This document shows, piece by piece, positions 24,536-37,530 of a DNA stretch of 64,000 nucleotides (position 1 is the first letter of the stretch; each line of letters starts with the position of its first letter). The stretch comes from Cladosporium halotolerans (lineage: Eukaryota), in NCBI RefSeq assembly GCF_011745625.1, contig NW_027191452.1, positions 744,001-808,000 on the forward strand, in the 5' to 3' direction. A program made the translations under genes and the position numbers. The notes under the pieces are model-generated. The model was not told where the DNA came from, did no database searches, and worked only from the letters and a program-made list of their open reading frames with translations.

Positions 24536-26652
24536 TCACCCACTCCCCGAAAGCGTAACCCCCGTGAAGTTAAACTCGCCCACAAACCACTCGTCCCCAT
24601 TCGTGTCCCTCGTAACATTGCTCCCGCTCACCTCCCCGCCCCTCAGCGCGCCATTCTCCACCTCTCCACCACCAACCGGCCTCTTCAGCGCATTCGCGCC
24701 CGCCTCGACCGTGAAATTGCCCAGGCTGATCTCGTAGCCGTTGCGCGTCCTCAGGTCCGGCAAGCCGAAGTACGCCGCCCGCACGGCCTCTGGCGAGACC
24801 TGCAGCTCGTAGTAGCCGCGGTAGTAGCCCTCCTGCCACTGCAGCTCGTCGTTGTCGCGGAGCAGGAGCCGGGACTGGTTGTTGGCTTCGGCGAGCGAGG
24901 CGCGGGCGCCGAAGGGGCTGTTGGAGCTGACGGCTGTGCCGGCGAATTCGGCGCCGAGGGAGCCGGCGCCTGTGGCGGAGTCGTAGTCTGCGTGGTCGAG
25001 GTAGACGAGGTCGGAGACCCAGCTGGGGTGGGGTTAGATGGTGGGTTTTTTGAGGGGGAGGGGGGGAGGGGGGGCTTACTTCAGGTGGGAGTCGCCGGCC
25101 ATCATGATGTTGTTGCCGATGTTGTTGTCGGAGAGGGTCTTGAGGGTGCGGTTCTTGTTCGCCATGTACCCGTCCCAGGCGTCGCTGTTGTAGGGGTTCT
25201 CCTCCGTGCCGAACCAGGTCGTGATGTTGATGCGAGAGAAGACGATCTGACTGCCGATCAGGCGCCAGGCGGCGCCGCGCTCGCCGGACTCGACGAGTTG
25301 GCGGTAGAACCTGTGGTTTGGTTAGCGTTCTGAGGCTGATACTTTGTGACCTGGTGATTTGACTCACCAGTTCTCCTGCTGAGAGCCCATGAGAGTCCTG
25401 CCGGCATCATCCGCAATCTGGGTGATGTAGTCGGTGTTCCAGCCACCCAGGGTAGTGATCGACCTGTCGTAGTTACGGGTGTCGAGCATGATTAAATCGA
25501 GGAGCTTTCCGAGAGAGAAGCTACGCCAGATACGCAGGTTGTTGTCCATGTCCACCTGGCGGATAGGCATCCACTCGAAGTACGCACGCACGGCGTTCAT
25601 CTTGCGCTGGTCGACGCTGACGCCGCCGTCCTGGATGAAGGACTCTTCGGTGTTGTTCAGGCCGGAGGAACCATCACGGTAGCCGTTGTTAGAGATCTCG
25701 TGGTCGTCCCACACGGGAATCCAGGCGAACTTGGAGTGAGAGAGGAGAAGGTCGAGATCGGTGCGGTAGGTCGCCAGGCGGCGTCTGTAATCGTACAGGG
25801 TGAAGATCTCACGCTCAGGTTGCACAGGGCGGGCATCTGTGCTGGTCTCGTACTCGTAGATGTAGTCGCCGCTATGACATATTAGCATGCGTATGTGACA
25901 TGTGTGCCCCAATTCGTGCGTAGAGCTTACAGGTGAACGACGAAGTCCACATCGTCCTTCCTGGCCGAGTTGCCATAGGCGTTGAAAAAGCCTGGCGTAC
26001 TGTCAGTAACCTTGTCACCCCCATCTTTTCTTCAACCACTGATGTCCTCACCGGTAGGGAAGTTCGAGCAAGAGAACACCGCAAGGCCCAGCGACGTCAG
26101 ATCGTCATCAGCTGCAGGAGCAGTCTTCGTCCTGCCGAGCGGGCTCTTGACATCGCTGTCGCAGACGCTGAACTGGTAGTAGTACTCCGTGAACGGCTCA
26201 AGACCCGTCGCCTCGACCTTGACAGTGTAGTCGATGTCAGAGGAAGTGTACGCCTTGCCGTCCGTGACCGGGTCGCTCAAGTCCTCGCTCTCCGACACAA
26301 CGTAGCTGACGCAGACCGGGTTGGAGCTCGCCTTGACGTAGCTTTCCGTCTCGTGGTTGTAAAGCGCCACAGTCCCGCTGACGGTGATGTTGCTGGCGTC
26401 GTTGTCGCTGGTGGGAGCGGCGCGCGTCCAGAGGATGACGGAGTCGGAGTAGGGGTCGCCGGAGGCGATGCCGTGGGTGAAGTTCAGGCTGCCGGCGTCC
26501 ATGTACGAGGGCGAAGATTGACGCTTCAGCACCTTGGGCATGTGGATGCCCAGGCTGGGGTGACGGCGAGACGGGGAGTTGAAGTTGATGTTGCCGCTCC
26601 AGTCAGCCAGCGCCGCTGGGGCGAGGGCGAGGAGGGGGAAGAGAGAGAGCAT
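24536..26652 (-). CDS. Secreted PhoD-family alkaline phosphatase, about 5 exons
   Basis: Signal peptide MLSLFPLLALAPAALA; FTHGIASGDP, VFSCSN, GDYIYE, VWDDHE and LDTR motifs; internal exon bounds approximate. Confidence 0.9.
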
Positions 26653-27532
26653 CTTTGCTGGGAGAGCCAAGATGCTGCTGAACGTGTCTTACGAGTGAAG
26701 AGTGAGGTTTCTCTCTGAGGGGAGGGAAAGGACCAGGCAGTGAAACCTACGTACATATACCTACCTTGCTTGCATTGGGATCGGTAGGGTAGCTGGAGCT
26801 ATGCTGTCCCACCCTAGCGGGCCAAGCACAACGTGGTGACCACGATGCATTCGAAATCATGTTCATTGCCGACTAAGGATATTTCACAGCCAACCATGTG
26901 CGAGGTGTTGGACATGCTGACCGCGTTCCTGGACGGACGTCGAGATGCTAAAGCTTGCGGAGCTTGGCCGGCAGACGATCGGCGGGCGTGGGGCAAGCGC
27001 GTGGGTGCATTGCGAGGGAGAGATTGGCTGAACGTGTCATTGAAGCGATTGAGGCATGTTTGGATCTCCGCCCAAGACAATTTGATTTTGTGGCTACGTG
27101 AGGGGCAGACGGGAGTTTTGGCGCGAACGCCAGTGCGAAGACGGCAGGTCGGCATCGTTGCTTTTATTAAGGTGTTGGACGATGACGCAGGACGTTTTTC
27201 AAGCAGAATGGCGAGCTGGTTTTCGTTGCAGTACGCCAACGCAAAGATTGTTGATTTTATCAACAGGCTATTTCATCTGGTCAGGTCTACTACCAGATGT
27301 AAGAAGGTCCTCGACTTGCAAGCATCTTCCAGAGTCTCTAGAATCCAAGGACTACCATCCCCTCCATACCTCTCAAACCAAACTGTTTCTTGGAGAACCA
27401 CACAACATTCCGTCCCAAGTGAAAGCCCATCAACAGCGCATTGAATAACATCATCGCGCTGCGATGCTTGGACTCGGATGGCATTGCCTTCCTGGCCCCA
27501 AAGCTCCCATCTCATCACACCCAAGCCCGCCC

Positions 27533-27826
27533 TCACGCAGCGAAGTTCTTCACCCCCCACTTCCCATCGCTCTCCGTCCCCTGCATGCCCGCCTTCTTCA
27601 ACTCGCCTCTCTCGCGCCAATCCCGCTTCCACCGCTGCCACCAGCTGCTCTTCTCCTCCGGCGGCGGCGGGCCCATGATGTTGCTGACGGCAGCCGCCGA
27701 CGCAGGGCTTGTGGGCGTGGCTGATGACGCCGACGCCGCTGGCTGACCCTGGGGTGGATCGCGCTGCGGCTGTGGCTGTGTGGGTTGGTTGGTTGTGGCG
27801 ATGGTGGGTTCTTTGGGAGGGGACAT
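27533..27826 (-). CDS. Possible small hypothetical protein (97 aa)
   Basis: ATG in accATG context; Pro/Gln-rich N-terminus and Trp/basic C-terminus; occupies otherwise empty space; no family recognised. Confidence 0.4.
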   Translation of the reverse strand: MSPPKEPTIATTNQPTQPQPQRDPPQGQPAASASSATPTSPASAAAVSNIMGPPPPEEKSSWWQRWKRDWRERGELKKAGMQGTESDGKWGVKNFAA

Positions 27827-28220
27827 GGTTCGGTGATTGGCTGATGTGATGCGTATAGAGAATACAGTTGAGGCGTCTACAGTCTATCGTATCGTATGCA
27901 TTGGAAGACAGAGGACGAAAAGCGTCCCGTCGCATCGGCGCAAGTGATCAATCAAACCGCGATCGGTGCCGGGGAAGCTCCGGGCGAACGTTCCTTCGCG
28001 CGCTGGCGCTGCAGCGCGCGTGCCGGGCTCGAGAACCCCACGTTTTTCCCACCCCTCCTCCTCCTCCAAACCGTCGCGCTTGCGCATCGGAAAAATCTCC
28101 AGCCTCGCGCGCGCGTGTGACTCGAAAGAAGTACCATCGGCCGAACCACAAAGCGCCGCTTACTGCAAGCCTTCGCGACTACATCGACAGCGACCGTTTC
28201 GTTCGTCCATCCCGCCAAAC

Positions 28221-29050
28221 ATGGCCAACCCCGCCGAGCGCAAACTGCTCGACCCCAGCGAGCTGGGCACGAAGGAGTAGTATGTAAGAGCGCACGAGGC
28301 CCGCCAGCACCCCAGTCCTCACTGACCCTTCTTTCGCCTCACAGTTGGGAGAAAGCCTACGCGCGCGAACTCGACAACAACACCGCCTCGGCGTCGGACG
28401 AAGGCACGATTTGGTTCGACGAGAACGGCGCCGAAGAGGCCGTCGTGAAACTGCTCGACGAGCTGGAAGAAGACGGGCACATCCGGCGCGCGGGCGAGGG
28501 CGCGAGCAGTTTTTTGGACCTTGGGACGGGGAACGGACACATGCTTTTCACGCTGAGAGGGGGCGAGGAGGGCGATGGGGAGGAGGGGTGGGAGGGCGGG
28601 ATGGTGGGTGTGGATTACAGTCGGGCGAGCGTGGAGTTGGCGAGGAAGGTGGCGGTGCAGAGGGGGTTGCAGGGTGAGCCTGTGGGGTTTGAAGAGTGGG
28701 ATTTGCTGGAGCAGGAGCCTGGGAGTTGGGCTGGGGAGGGAGGGTTTGGGGTGGTGCTGGACAAGGGCACGTTCGATGCGATCTCGCTGATGCCGCAGGC
28801 GGAGGGCGCGGCGCATTCGTGCGAGACGTACAGGCGGAAGGTCGAGCCGCTGGTGGGCGCCGGAGGCTTCCTGGTCGTGACGAGCTGCAATTGGACGAAG
28901 GAGGAGCTGCTGTCGTGGTTGGCGCCGGAGGGTGGGGAGAACGAGATGGAATTCTTCTGCGATGCGAAGTATCCGAGCTTCACGTTCGGCGGGCAGACGG
29001 GCCAGAGCATCGTGACGGTGGCGTTCAGGCGGAAAGAGGCGGGTCGATAA
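28221..29050 (+). CDS. EFM4: Protein-lysine N-methyltransferase Efm4/See1 (eEF1A), 2 exons
   Basis: LDPSELGTKEYW, GTIWFDE, LDLGTGNG, GVDYS, DKGTFDAI, TSCNWT and YPSFTFGG; intron 28280-28344. Confidence 0.92.
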
Positions 29051-30686
29051 CCGTGTGTGCAGCCCGTGGTATGGAGATACATATTCTACATGCATTGATC
29101 GGCACGATCTGACGGATCGGCGGATGCTGGAGGATTAACGGGAGCCGATTCCTGACGCGACACGCGATTTGCAACGGCAAGCCGGGCGAGGGCTCGGGCG
29201 GATGCAAGCGAAGGCAGGGCGTGTGGGGAAGGGCCACTGGGCTTGCAGGCCGGCGGGCAACCTTTCGCTGATCGGCAGAGCTGATCCTGTGGCCCTGCCG
29301 AGCCGCCTGCGAACTTCATGCCTGCAGGGCCCTTGGTGGGTGCTGCCGTCCGATGAAGCGTCAGGGGCGATACGCTTCGCAGAGAGGACGGCGAGGGTAG
29401 ACAGGCGTAGGGGGGAGGCTGCATGCCTTATGAGCGGTGTCGTATTTGTTTGTTGTACCAAGGGCAGGGCGGGCGGCCTGCGACCGCGACGGCGACCGCG
29501 ACGTGGCATGTCGGTCAGAGCGCAGGCGTGGCCGTGGCCTTGCCCTCGCCCGCCTTAGCGCCCATCTGAGGCGGTGGATGCCCCGTCGCGGCCGCGGCGT
29601 CAGAGCCTAAGGCTGTCAGCCAGCCCGCGCTCGTCGAAGGTCCACCACGAAGCCCGCTACCTGAGGCACAGCACCCTCCCAGCAGGCCACCGCGCTCACT
29701 TGCTCATTAATATTGCCATCGTCGCAACATCTCTCTTCCCTTAGAGTCGCCGTGTCCGCCACACGCCCTCGCTCCCTCCCTCACTCCCTCCCGCCCACCC
29801 GCCCACCTGCGTCGCCCCGCAGCGCTCCCGCCCTGTCGCGCGCTGGCGCCAGCGTCGCTTCACGTTCCCACTGCGTCAGCTTTAGCGGAAGTTTAATCTT
29901 GCTGCCGTCCTTGTCTCGCGCGCTCCCCCAACTCCCAAACCCACCCGCAAACCGCCCGTCCAGCCTCGACCGCCGCACGCAGGCTGCCTCCTCCTCCTCC
30001 TCGCCCTTCCTCCGCTCTGCATTGCATTCGGCGGCCGCCCTCACCACCGCCTCTCTCCAGCGCGCACCGTGTCACGCCCCTCGCTCGCCTGCGGCCAGCC
30101 CTCCCGCCCGCCGACCGCTCTCCACGCCCGCTGCCCTACGGCCAGCCCGCCAGCCAGCCGCGTGATCGGCCGCCTCGCCTTGACTCGACTCGACCGCAGT
30201 CTTTCACCACCACCGCCCGCCGACCGCTTCACCCTCCTCGCTCTTCTACATTCGCAACCCGCCTGCACTCCTTCCCTCGTCTTGTCCCGCCACACCGCGT
30301 CCGGCGCCGCTGCTGCGTCATCGTCACCCTCCACAAGCGCACGAGCGTCGCCAGCCAGCTTTGTCCGCCGCCGCCCTCACGCAGCCGCCGTCCTGCGGCC
30401 ATCCGCCCTTGTGCGCCCGCGCCACTGCTCACATTCGCACCCTCCGCAATCTTACGCCTGCTCCTCCGCCGCCCTCCGCTCTCTATCTCTCTCTCGCGAC
30501 CGTACTCTCCCACCGCCTGACGGCACGCCTCGGAGCACCCGCCGCCGCCGAGCCAGCGCATTTCGTCCCGGTCGATGAATGCGTGACACCCGCACCGCTC
30601 CACGCAAACCACTCACGGCGCTGGCACTAGGCCACCGAGCGACGCCACATTAGCAGCCAGGAGCGCATGTGCGCACGACCGCCGAT

Positions 30687-33600
30687 ATGGCCCAAATGAA
30701 CATGATGCCGAACGGCATGCCCGCCCAGAACCAGATGAACGGCATGCAGAGGCCACAGCAGGGCAACATGAACCAACAACCGCATCCGCAAATCCTCCAG
30801 AATCTGCAGGCAGAACTGCCCAAATTTGCAGGGCAATGGCAGGCAACCTTCAACCTTGGTGTGAGGGCCAGTAGAATTATGCAATTGTGAGTTGCGTGCG
30901 CCGCGTTCCTGCAATCGCGTTCGACCCACTGACACATGAACTCCAGGTTTACCCAGCTCCGTTTTCTCGAAGCCGATCTTTCAAAGTGTCTCCGTACAGC
31001 AATACAGTTTGAGAACGAGACAATCTCACGTGCCCACAACGCGGAGACGTACAGCCAGAACATGATGCGGAAACTGGCCGAGATCTCCAGCAAGCGGAAC
31101 CAAAACATGGGCGGCATGATGAACGGCAACGGGCCGCAGATGACACCTGGGCAGATGCCTGGCGACATAACCATGAATCCGAATGCCATGGCCGCTCGCG
31201 GTCAACAGCCGCCGAACCTTGGCATGCAGCAGCCTCAGATGCCCAACAACTCCATGAACCAGCTCGGCGCTCCTGTCATGCAGCCGAACATGTCCCAAAA
31301 CTCGCATCAGCAGCAGCACATGAACACGACACCAAACCCCCAGCAGCAAGCTCAAGCGCAGCAACCGACCCAGGCGGAGTTGCAAGAGACTGCGGCGCGT
31401 ATGATGGCATCGCTTTCAGAAGACAAGAAAGCGAACATCCGCAACGGCATGATGCGAACTATGAATGAACAACAGCGCCAGCAGGCCGCGGCTCAGAAGA
31501 AGGACCCTCTGATCACTTTCGTCTTCCAAAGAGCGCGACAGGAGATCATGGCTCGGAAGGCCGCACAGGCTGGCGGTGGCCAACAGCAGCAGAACATGCA
31601 GATGGGCAATGCTGGAGGCGTCAACATGGCTCAAGCTGGGTCCCAGCAAGGCAACGGGTTCGACTTCACGGCCATCATGGGGCAGCAAGCCAACGCGCTC
31701 AAGCTACAGGAGTCGGGTGAGCAGGTCGTGCCTGCAAGCAACAACCCCAACGCAGCCTTCCAAGCCACGATGAACGCACAGAACGCGCAAACGAATGGCA
31801 TCAATCCTGCAATGCTCGGCAACGGGAATGGTCAAGGCGGCCCTCAGATGCCGAACAACCTCAATCAACAGCAGATGCAGATGCTGGCTATCCAGCGCGA
31901 AAAGCAACGTCAGGAGCAGATGCGTACCAATGCAAGAAATCAGGCCATGCAACAAGCTCAGCTACAGAACCAAGGTATCGGCCCGCAGAATGCGCTCAAT
32001 GGAGCTGCCGGCGGCAGTCCCGCCATGACTATGCTGAACAGGCCCATGCAACCGCCTGGCAGCCAGACCCCAAACACACCCCAGCAGCCAAACAGAGCAC
32101 CGAACATGCAGCAACCGAATCAGCAGCACGGTCAGACACCCGCGAATGGCGCCAACGCCCTGTTGCAACACCATCAAAGCATGGTCAATCGCAGCAACAC
32201 AGGCGTCAACATGCAAGGACCGCTGGCTGGCTTACCTCACCACCCAATCTTTGACAACCCTCAAGCCTTGAACATTGTTCGAACTATGCCACCTACTGTG
32301 ATCGAGAGATTGCGATCAACTGCCACCACAGCTCCCAATGAATTACCGAACCTGATTCGGCAGTGGGCGATGGCGCAGCAAAGGAGATCGCAGACTCAGA
32401 ACATGCAAATGGGTGGCCCGCAGGCGGGCAATCAAGGTGGTATGAACGGGATGAATAACGGTATGCCGGATATGAACATGCAGCAGTCAATTATGCCACA
32501 AGGTCAGCCGCAGTTGCCGCCTGGCATGGACCCATCTCAGCTCCAGGCTCGGATGCAACAGCAGCAACAACAACAATTGCAGCAGCAACAGCATCAACAG
32601 CAACAGCAGCAGCAAGGTCAAATGCAACAGGGCCAGCAAATACCTCCGGACGTCGTCAGATCATTCCCACCACAATTGAGATCTCAAGCGATGCTTTCTC
32701 GCCCTTTTCCCCAATCTGCCCCTACGCAGTTGGGATTCGCTGTTCCCCCTCAGGTTCGCCTTTGGGGCCAGCTCAAGCAACATATTGAGCAACACCAAAA
32801 TTCTTTGCAGCCTGGTACTATCCAGAGATTTATGGGGCTGATCAGTAAATGGTTTATCGACCATCCTGAAGAGCTTGAGGCCGGTGTCAAGACGATTATG
32901 ATGCAACGGCAACAGCAGCAACAACAGCAGCAGGGACAGCAGCCGCAAGGACAGATGGGCAACGCAATGGGACAGCCTAACAATAACACCATGGCGATGC
33001 CGAATGGCGGCGCACCTACTGCGCAGATGATGCAGCCAAACTCTCAAATGCCACAGGGCCCGGGTAACCCGATGCTAGGTCAGGGTCAATTTCGCATGCC
33101 TCCCCAAAATCCGGTTGGACCTCAAGACATTGCCATGTTCAGACAGAAGGTCCCTCAGGCGCCTCAGATGACAGACGATCAGATCAGGAACATCATCGAG
33201 CAAAGCCGTCGGAGGTCTATGGCCAACCAGAACAACGCTTTGAAGCAGGCGCAGATGCAGAATCAGCTTGCACAGAATGCACCCGGCGCCCAAGGTAATC
33301 AGCAGCAGAGGCCACCAAGTCAAGCACCTGGTCACAGCGTGAACGAGCACATGCAGCCTGGGTCCCAGCAGCAGGCAGGTCAGAAACGCGCCCAGCCGGC
33401 GTCATCGAACGACGATGTCATGGAGATCCCCAACCCCAATGCTCAGCAGAACAAGGCTCGTGCAGCTCCATTTGCGGGTATGAAGCTGCCGAATCTCACC
33501 CCAGATCAGATTGCCAAGCTAGGTCCACAAGAACGTGAGCAGCTCAAGAGGCGCTACGAGAGCCTGCGGCAGGCCAACGCGGGTGCTCGCGCGGTGCAAG

Positions 33601-35477
33601 GTGGAATGCCGCCAGCCATTCAGTCCGGAGCTACGCCTCAACAGACAGAGCCGAAGAATGCTGCTGCCGTTGAAACCGAGCTTGAGCTGCGGAGGACGGT
33701 ACAGCGCTTGTTGGAAGAGGTCAATCGCCAACAAGTCAAAGGCCCACCGGTCCAGCAAGATGCGGCCGCCAGCGAGAAGACCACGAACATTCTCCGCAGG
33801 ATCTACATGGCTTATACACAGGTCGACAAAACCTTTACTGCCGCGTTGCGTCTGCCTGAGTTCTCAGAAGAGCGCATCAAACAAATCATGAGGGCCAAGA
33901 TTCAAGTATACCACAACTGGGACGCTTCGACCAATGGAGTGAAGGGATACCTGTCGCTTAGCCTGCAAGAGGTTCAGAACATGCAGCAGCTCGTGCAGAA
34001 CTATCTCCAAGGCATGGCCCAGGCAAGAGCACGAGGACAACTCAACCAGCAAGCCGCTCAGCAGGCGCAGAACCAGGCTCAACAGCAATCGGCCGCGGCT
34101 AAGCAGGCTGGCCAAGCATCGGCCATGGAGAAGACTGGCTCAAAGCATGGACGCAAGGCGTCCAGCTCCAAGCCTCCGCCTGCACCTACAGACAACAAGT
34201 CTTTCGACTGGGCCACGGGTGTCGCGAGCCCTCATGGTGTTCCCAAGTACGAGCCTGGCGCCACGCAGCTTACTCCAGACAAGCTCAAGTTCCCGCCTAA
34301 CAAGAAGCGTCGGACTGGCCAGGCAGACAGTGCTGGATCGACTCCCGCTGGGCAAGGTGTCACACCTGCTGGTGCTAGCCCTAGCATCGGCGGACCCAAA
34401 GCTGCCAGCCCAGAGCAGACGCGGAAGGCGCAGCTCAAGATTGAGGCTGAGGAGAGAGACAAGAAGCGATGGAAGTGCAACAAGGATCTCGCCTGCGAGG
34501 CGTCGATCGAAGGCTTCGAAACTGAAGACGAGCTCAAGGCGCACTTTGATTCAGCACACAAGGAGATCGAGAATCCTCTGCAATTTCTCCTGGAGAACGC
34601 TGCGGAGAGTCTGGGCGTGGACCTCGAAGGCAAGCCGCTTCCAGGCAAAGCTTCTGACAAGTCCAAGTCTGGTGCCGGCATCTTGCCACCCAAGACTGCC
34701 GCCGCTACGAAGCGCGATCCGTCGGTCAATGTCCGCACACCCTCTGGGCAGACTATCACTCCTTCAACCCCTGCGACTGGCTCCAAGGGCGCTGCTGCCC
34801 CCAACAACAACAAGCAAGGCGCTGCCGCCAGCGATGCCTCTAAGCCGAAGACTCTCAAGGACGCCATGGCCGAGAAGATGGGCTTCGAACCCACCGCTAA
34901 CACCGAGAACGAGCCCGCCACCTCCGCTCTCACGGAGGAAGAAAAGCTTTGGGCCGAGATCAGCTCCACCGTCGCTTCCGGTCTCTCATCTTTCGAGCCT
35001 TTCGAGTTCGGCGCCTCGGACGCCGCGCAAATCGACGACTGGGGCCTTCGTCCCGAAGTCACAGCAGTCGCCGGCGTGCACAGCTCGCCCGAAACGACAC
35101 CTGAGACCGACAGCCAGAGCTCGCGCAGCAGCGACGTCAGCGCCAACGACCGCCTGCGCATCAACATGGAGTGGGACGCTTTCGGCAACGGCGACGTCGC
35201 CGTCCCGGAGATGCTCAACGCCGCCGTCGGCGATCTGGGCCTGGACAACGCCACTGGCAAGAAGCAGGAAGAGAGCGCCCAGCAGCCGGCTGCCGAGGAC
35301 AGCAAGGCCGACGAGAAGAAGACCGGTGCCGACGTCGACGTTAAGATGGCCGACCTCGACTGGTCTTCCGACGCCGCTTTGACCTGGGACAGCCTGTTCG
35401 CCGGCCAGACTGCGGATGAGATGCAGTTCGACTTCACTGGCGACGCGCCGGGGGTCGAGATGGATTTCGTCTTCTGA
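30687..35477 (+). CDS. MED15: Mediator subunit Med15/Gal11-like Q-rich coactivator, 2 exons
   Basis: N-terminal KIX-like segment (WQATF...AIQFENE...Y..NMMRKL) across intron 30887-30946; long Q/N/M-rich regions; SPHGVPKY...PPNKKRR; C2H2-like finger. Confidence 0.72.
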
Positions 35478-36275
35478 AGACCCAAAAAGGAAAAAGACAC
35501 AAAAAAAATCACGCATTCACGCTCTACACATCAACTCCTTTGATTCACCATCTTGTCCATTTCCCGACCGACCGGATCCTGTCTTCCTATCGCGATCGAA
35601 AAACAACAAAAGTACCCTTCGTCGCGTTATTTCCGGAAGCCCCATCTCGCGAAGCGTTCCATCTTTCTGTCTATTCCTCCTTCCTTCCTTCTTTTCATCT
35701 CTCAGCATCCGACGCGATGTATCCGGTTCTGGTTTCGACATTTCCGAAGCGCAGCGAGCGAGCGAGCGTAGCCGATCACTGATTTTTGGGGCTTTTCCTG
35801 GCTTTCCACTCTACCTTTTTCCATTTTCTGTGGTTTCTTCTCTCTTTTTCTTTTTTTTTTTTTAATAATTCTTGTGATACCCACCAGCGGACCAGGGAAA
35901 GGGGGGCGCGCTGCCAGGATTTTTTTGTGAGCTTTTGGAGGGGGGGATGGGGGATTTGGTTGGGTTTTCTCTTTTCTTTCGTAGGAAATGCAGATGGCAG
36001 ATGTTGACGAATTGTATTGGCTTGTTTGCTGGTTTCTTGTTCTAGATACTTTGTCGTGTCGTGTCCCGTTACGGATTGCAAAGAAGTTTTCTCCCGGGTT
36101 GATTTTATCATTTCGTTGTCGCTTGGGACTCGTGTCTTCGCGTGGCGTCAGATTAGGTCGTCGTCGTCGTCTTGTGCGAGCTTGCTCTGCTGTGTATATG
36201 TACCTACGAGCTGCTCCACGGGCGACGAACGCTTTCAGCGCGCGCTGGTGCTGGCGGAGAGCTGTGGTCGCGGAC

Positions 36276-37530
36276 GATTGGCTCGGTTGCGGCCGCCACT
36301 AGCTGCGGTTCTATTCTGAATTACTAGTAATTCATTTCGGACCTGCTCTCGAGCTTTCTGCGTCTATGTAGCAAGCCGCAGGGCGAGGAGTCGCGGTCGT
36401 TTTCACGGGATGCGCGACCGGGCGGTTGCTTTGACGTTGAGCGAATGCCAGTAGCCCACGGCTTTCGGGTCGATCGCGTTTCGTCGACCCGGCGGTTCGA
36501 AAGGCGTTGGCATAGGGCATGGAGCGAGTGTTGCTCGGTCAGCTATTGGCTCGGTCGTGGCCGGCGCTAAGTGCGGTTCTATTCTGAACTATTATTTTCT
36601 ATTATTCTGACCTGGAGCGCTGTGCGTTCTCTCCGCGGATGCGGAACGGCTGAACATCATTCGAGGCTTGGAAATCAGAATGCTACTAGTGCGTGTAGAT
36701 GTAAGATCAAAACTGACTGCGGGCTGGTATTGCATCTATTTCAATACATGATGACCATGGAGGAACCACCACCAACGTACAGTAGGAGGGGTGTTGCCGC
36801 GAGTCCGCGAGACTCCGCCCCTCGGCTTGCAAGCTGCTTGACGGAAGTGCCGGCACGATTATCTCGCGTGACTCTGGACCAAAGCTGCGAAATTTTGTTG
36901 TGGACATATCTCACGCACATCCTCTATCGAAGGAGCCGTCTTACATGCCCTCAAACTCAGAGATGCGCGAGATCTGCCCAACGCAAGAGGGCATCTTTTG
37001 GCCAAATCTGGCTTTCTCATTGGCTCGGGAAGAACGGGCACTAGCTGCGGGCTGCTTAATCACAATCACCAATATCTCACGCGGTCTTGCATGAAAGCTG
37101 CGCATTATTCTTGGACGTCTCAATCAATGACAGCTCTATATAATGCGACTTCTAGGTATGGCAAATAACAAGTGTAGCGTATATGCGAAAGGCGGCCGAT
37201 TCGCAGGGCGAAAGTGACACGGCTGTGAAGTCCAATTCTGTCCGCCGTGCGTCGATTGGGTCGGGCGGTGCCGGCGCTAGCTGCGGGCTGTGTTCCATTC
37301 ACTAACCCTGAACGCCGAATATCTGGTGGAAAACTTGGAGAAATATTCACAATCTTCGTTTACCATTCATATTTGAATGGCTCTATACAATGAGCTCCTC
37401 CAGTTTCTTGTCATCGCATTGTGCCAGGTTTGTGAGACGAGGCAAACTTGCAAAATGAAGGAAATCTGGCTTGATTGGCTCGCGTGACTCCGGCGCTAGC
37501 TGCGGTTCTATTCTGAATTATTAGTAGATT
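36276..37530. repeat. Array of 5 clear plus 2 degenerate short repeats, core ATTGG-N17-CTAGCTGCGG
   Basis: ATTGG at 36277, 36545, 37019, 37255, 37474; three copies continue TTCTATTCTGAA; degenerate copies at about 36857-36889 and 37071-37102. Confidence 0.85.

Noticed and set aside
34147..35512. 411-aa alternative-frame and 426-aa antisense ORFs
   Set aside because: Shadows of the MED15-like CDS in GC-rich codons
36276..37530. Repeat array read as CRISPR, tRNA/SINE or snoRNA cluster
   Set aside because: Eukaryotic context, long unequal spacers and no cas genes; GGTTCTATTC only loosely resembles a B-box and there is no cloverleaf; CTGA is present but without a paired C box or convincing rRNA complementarity
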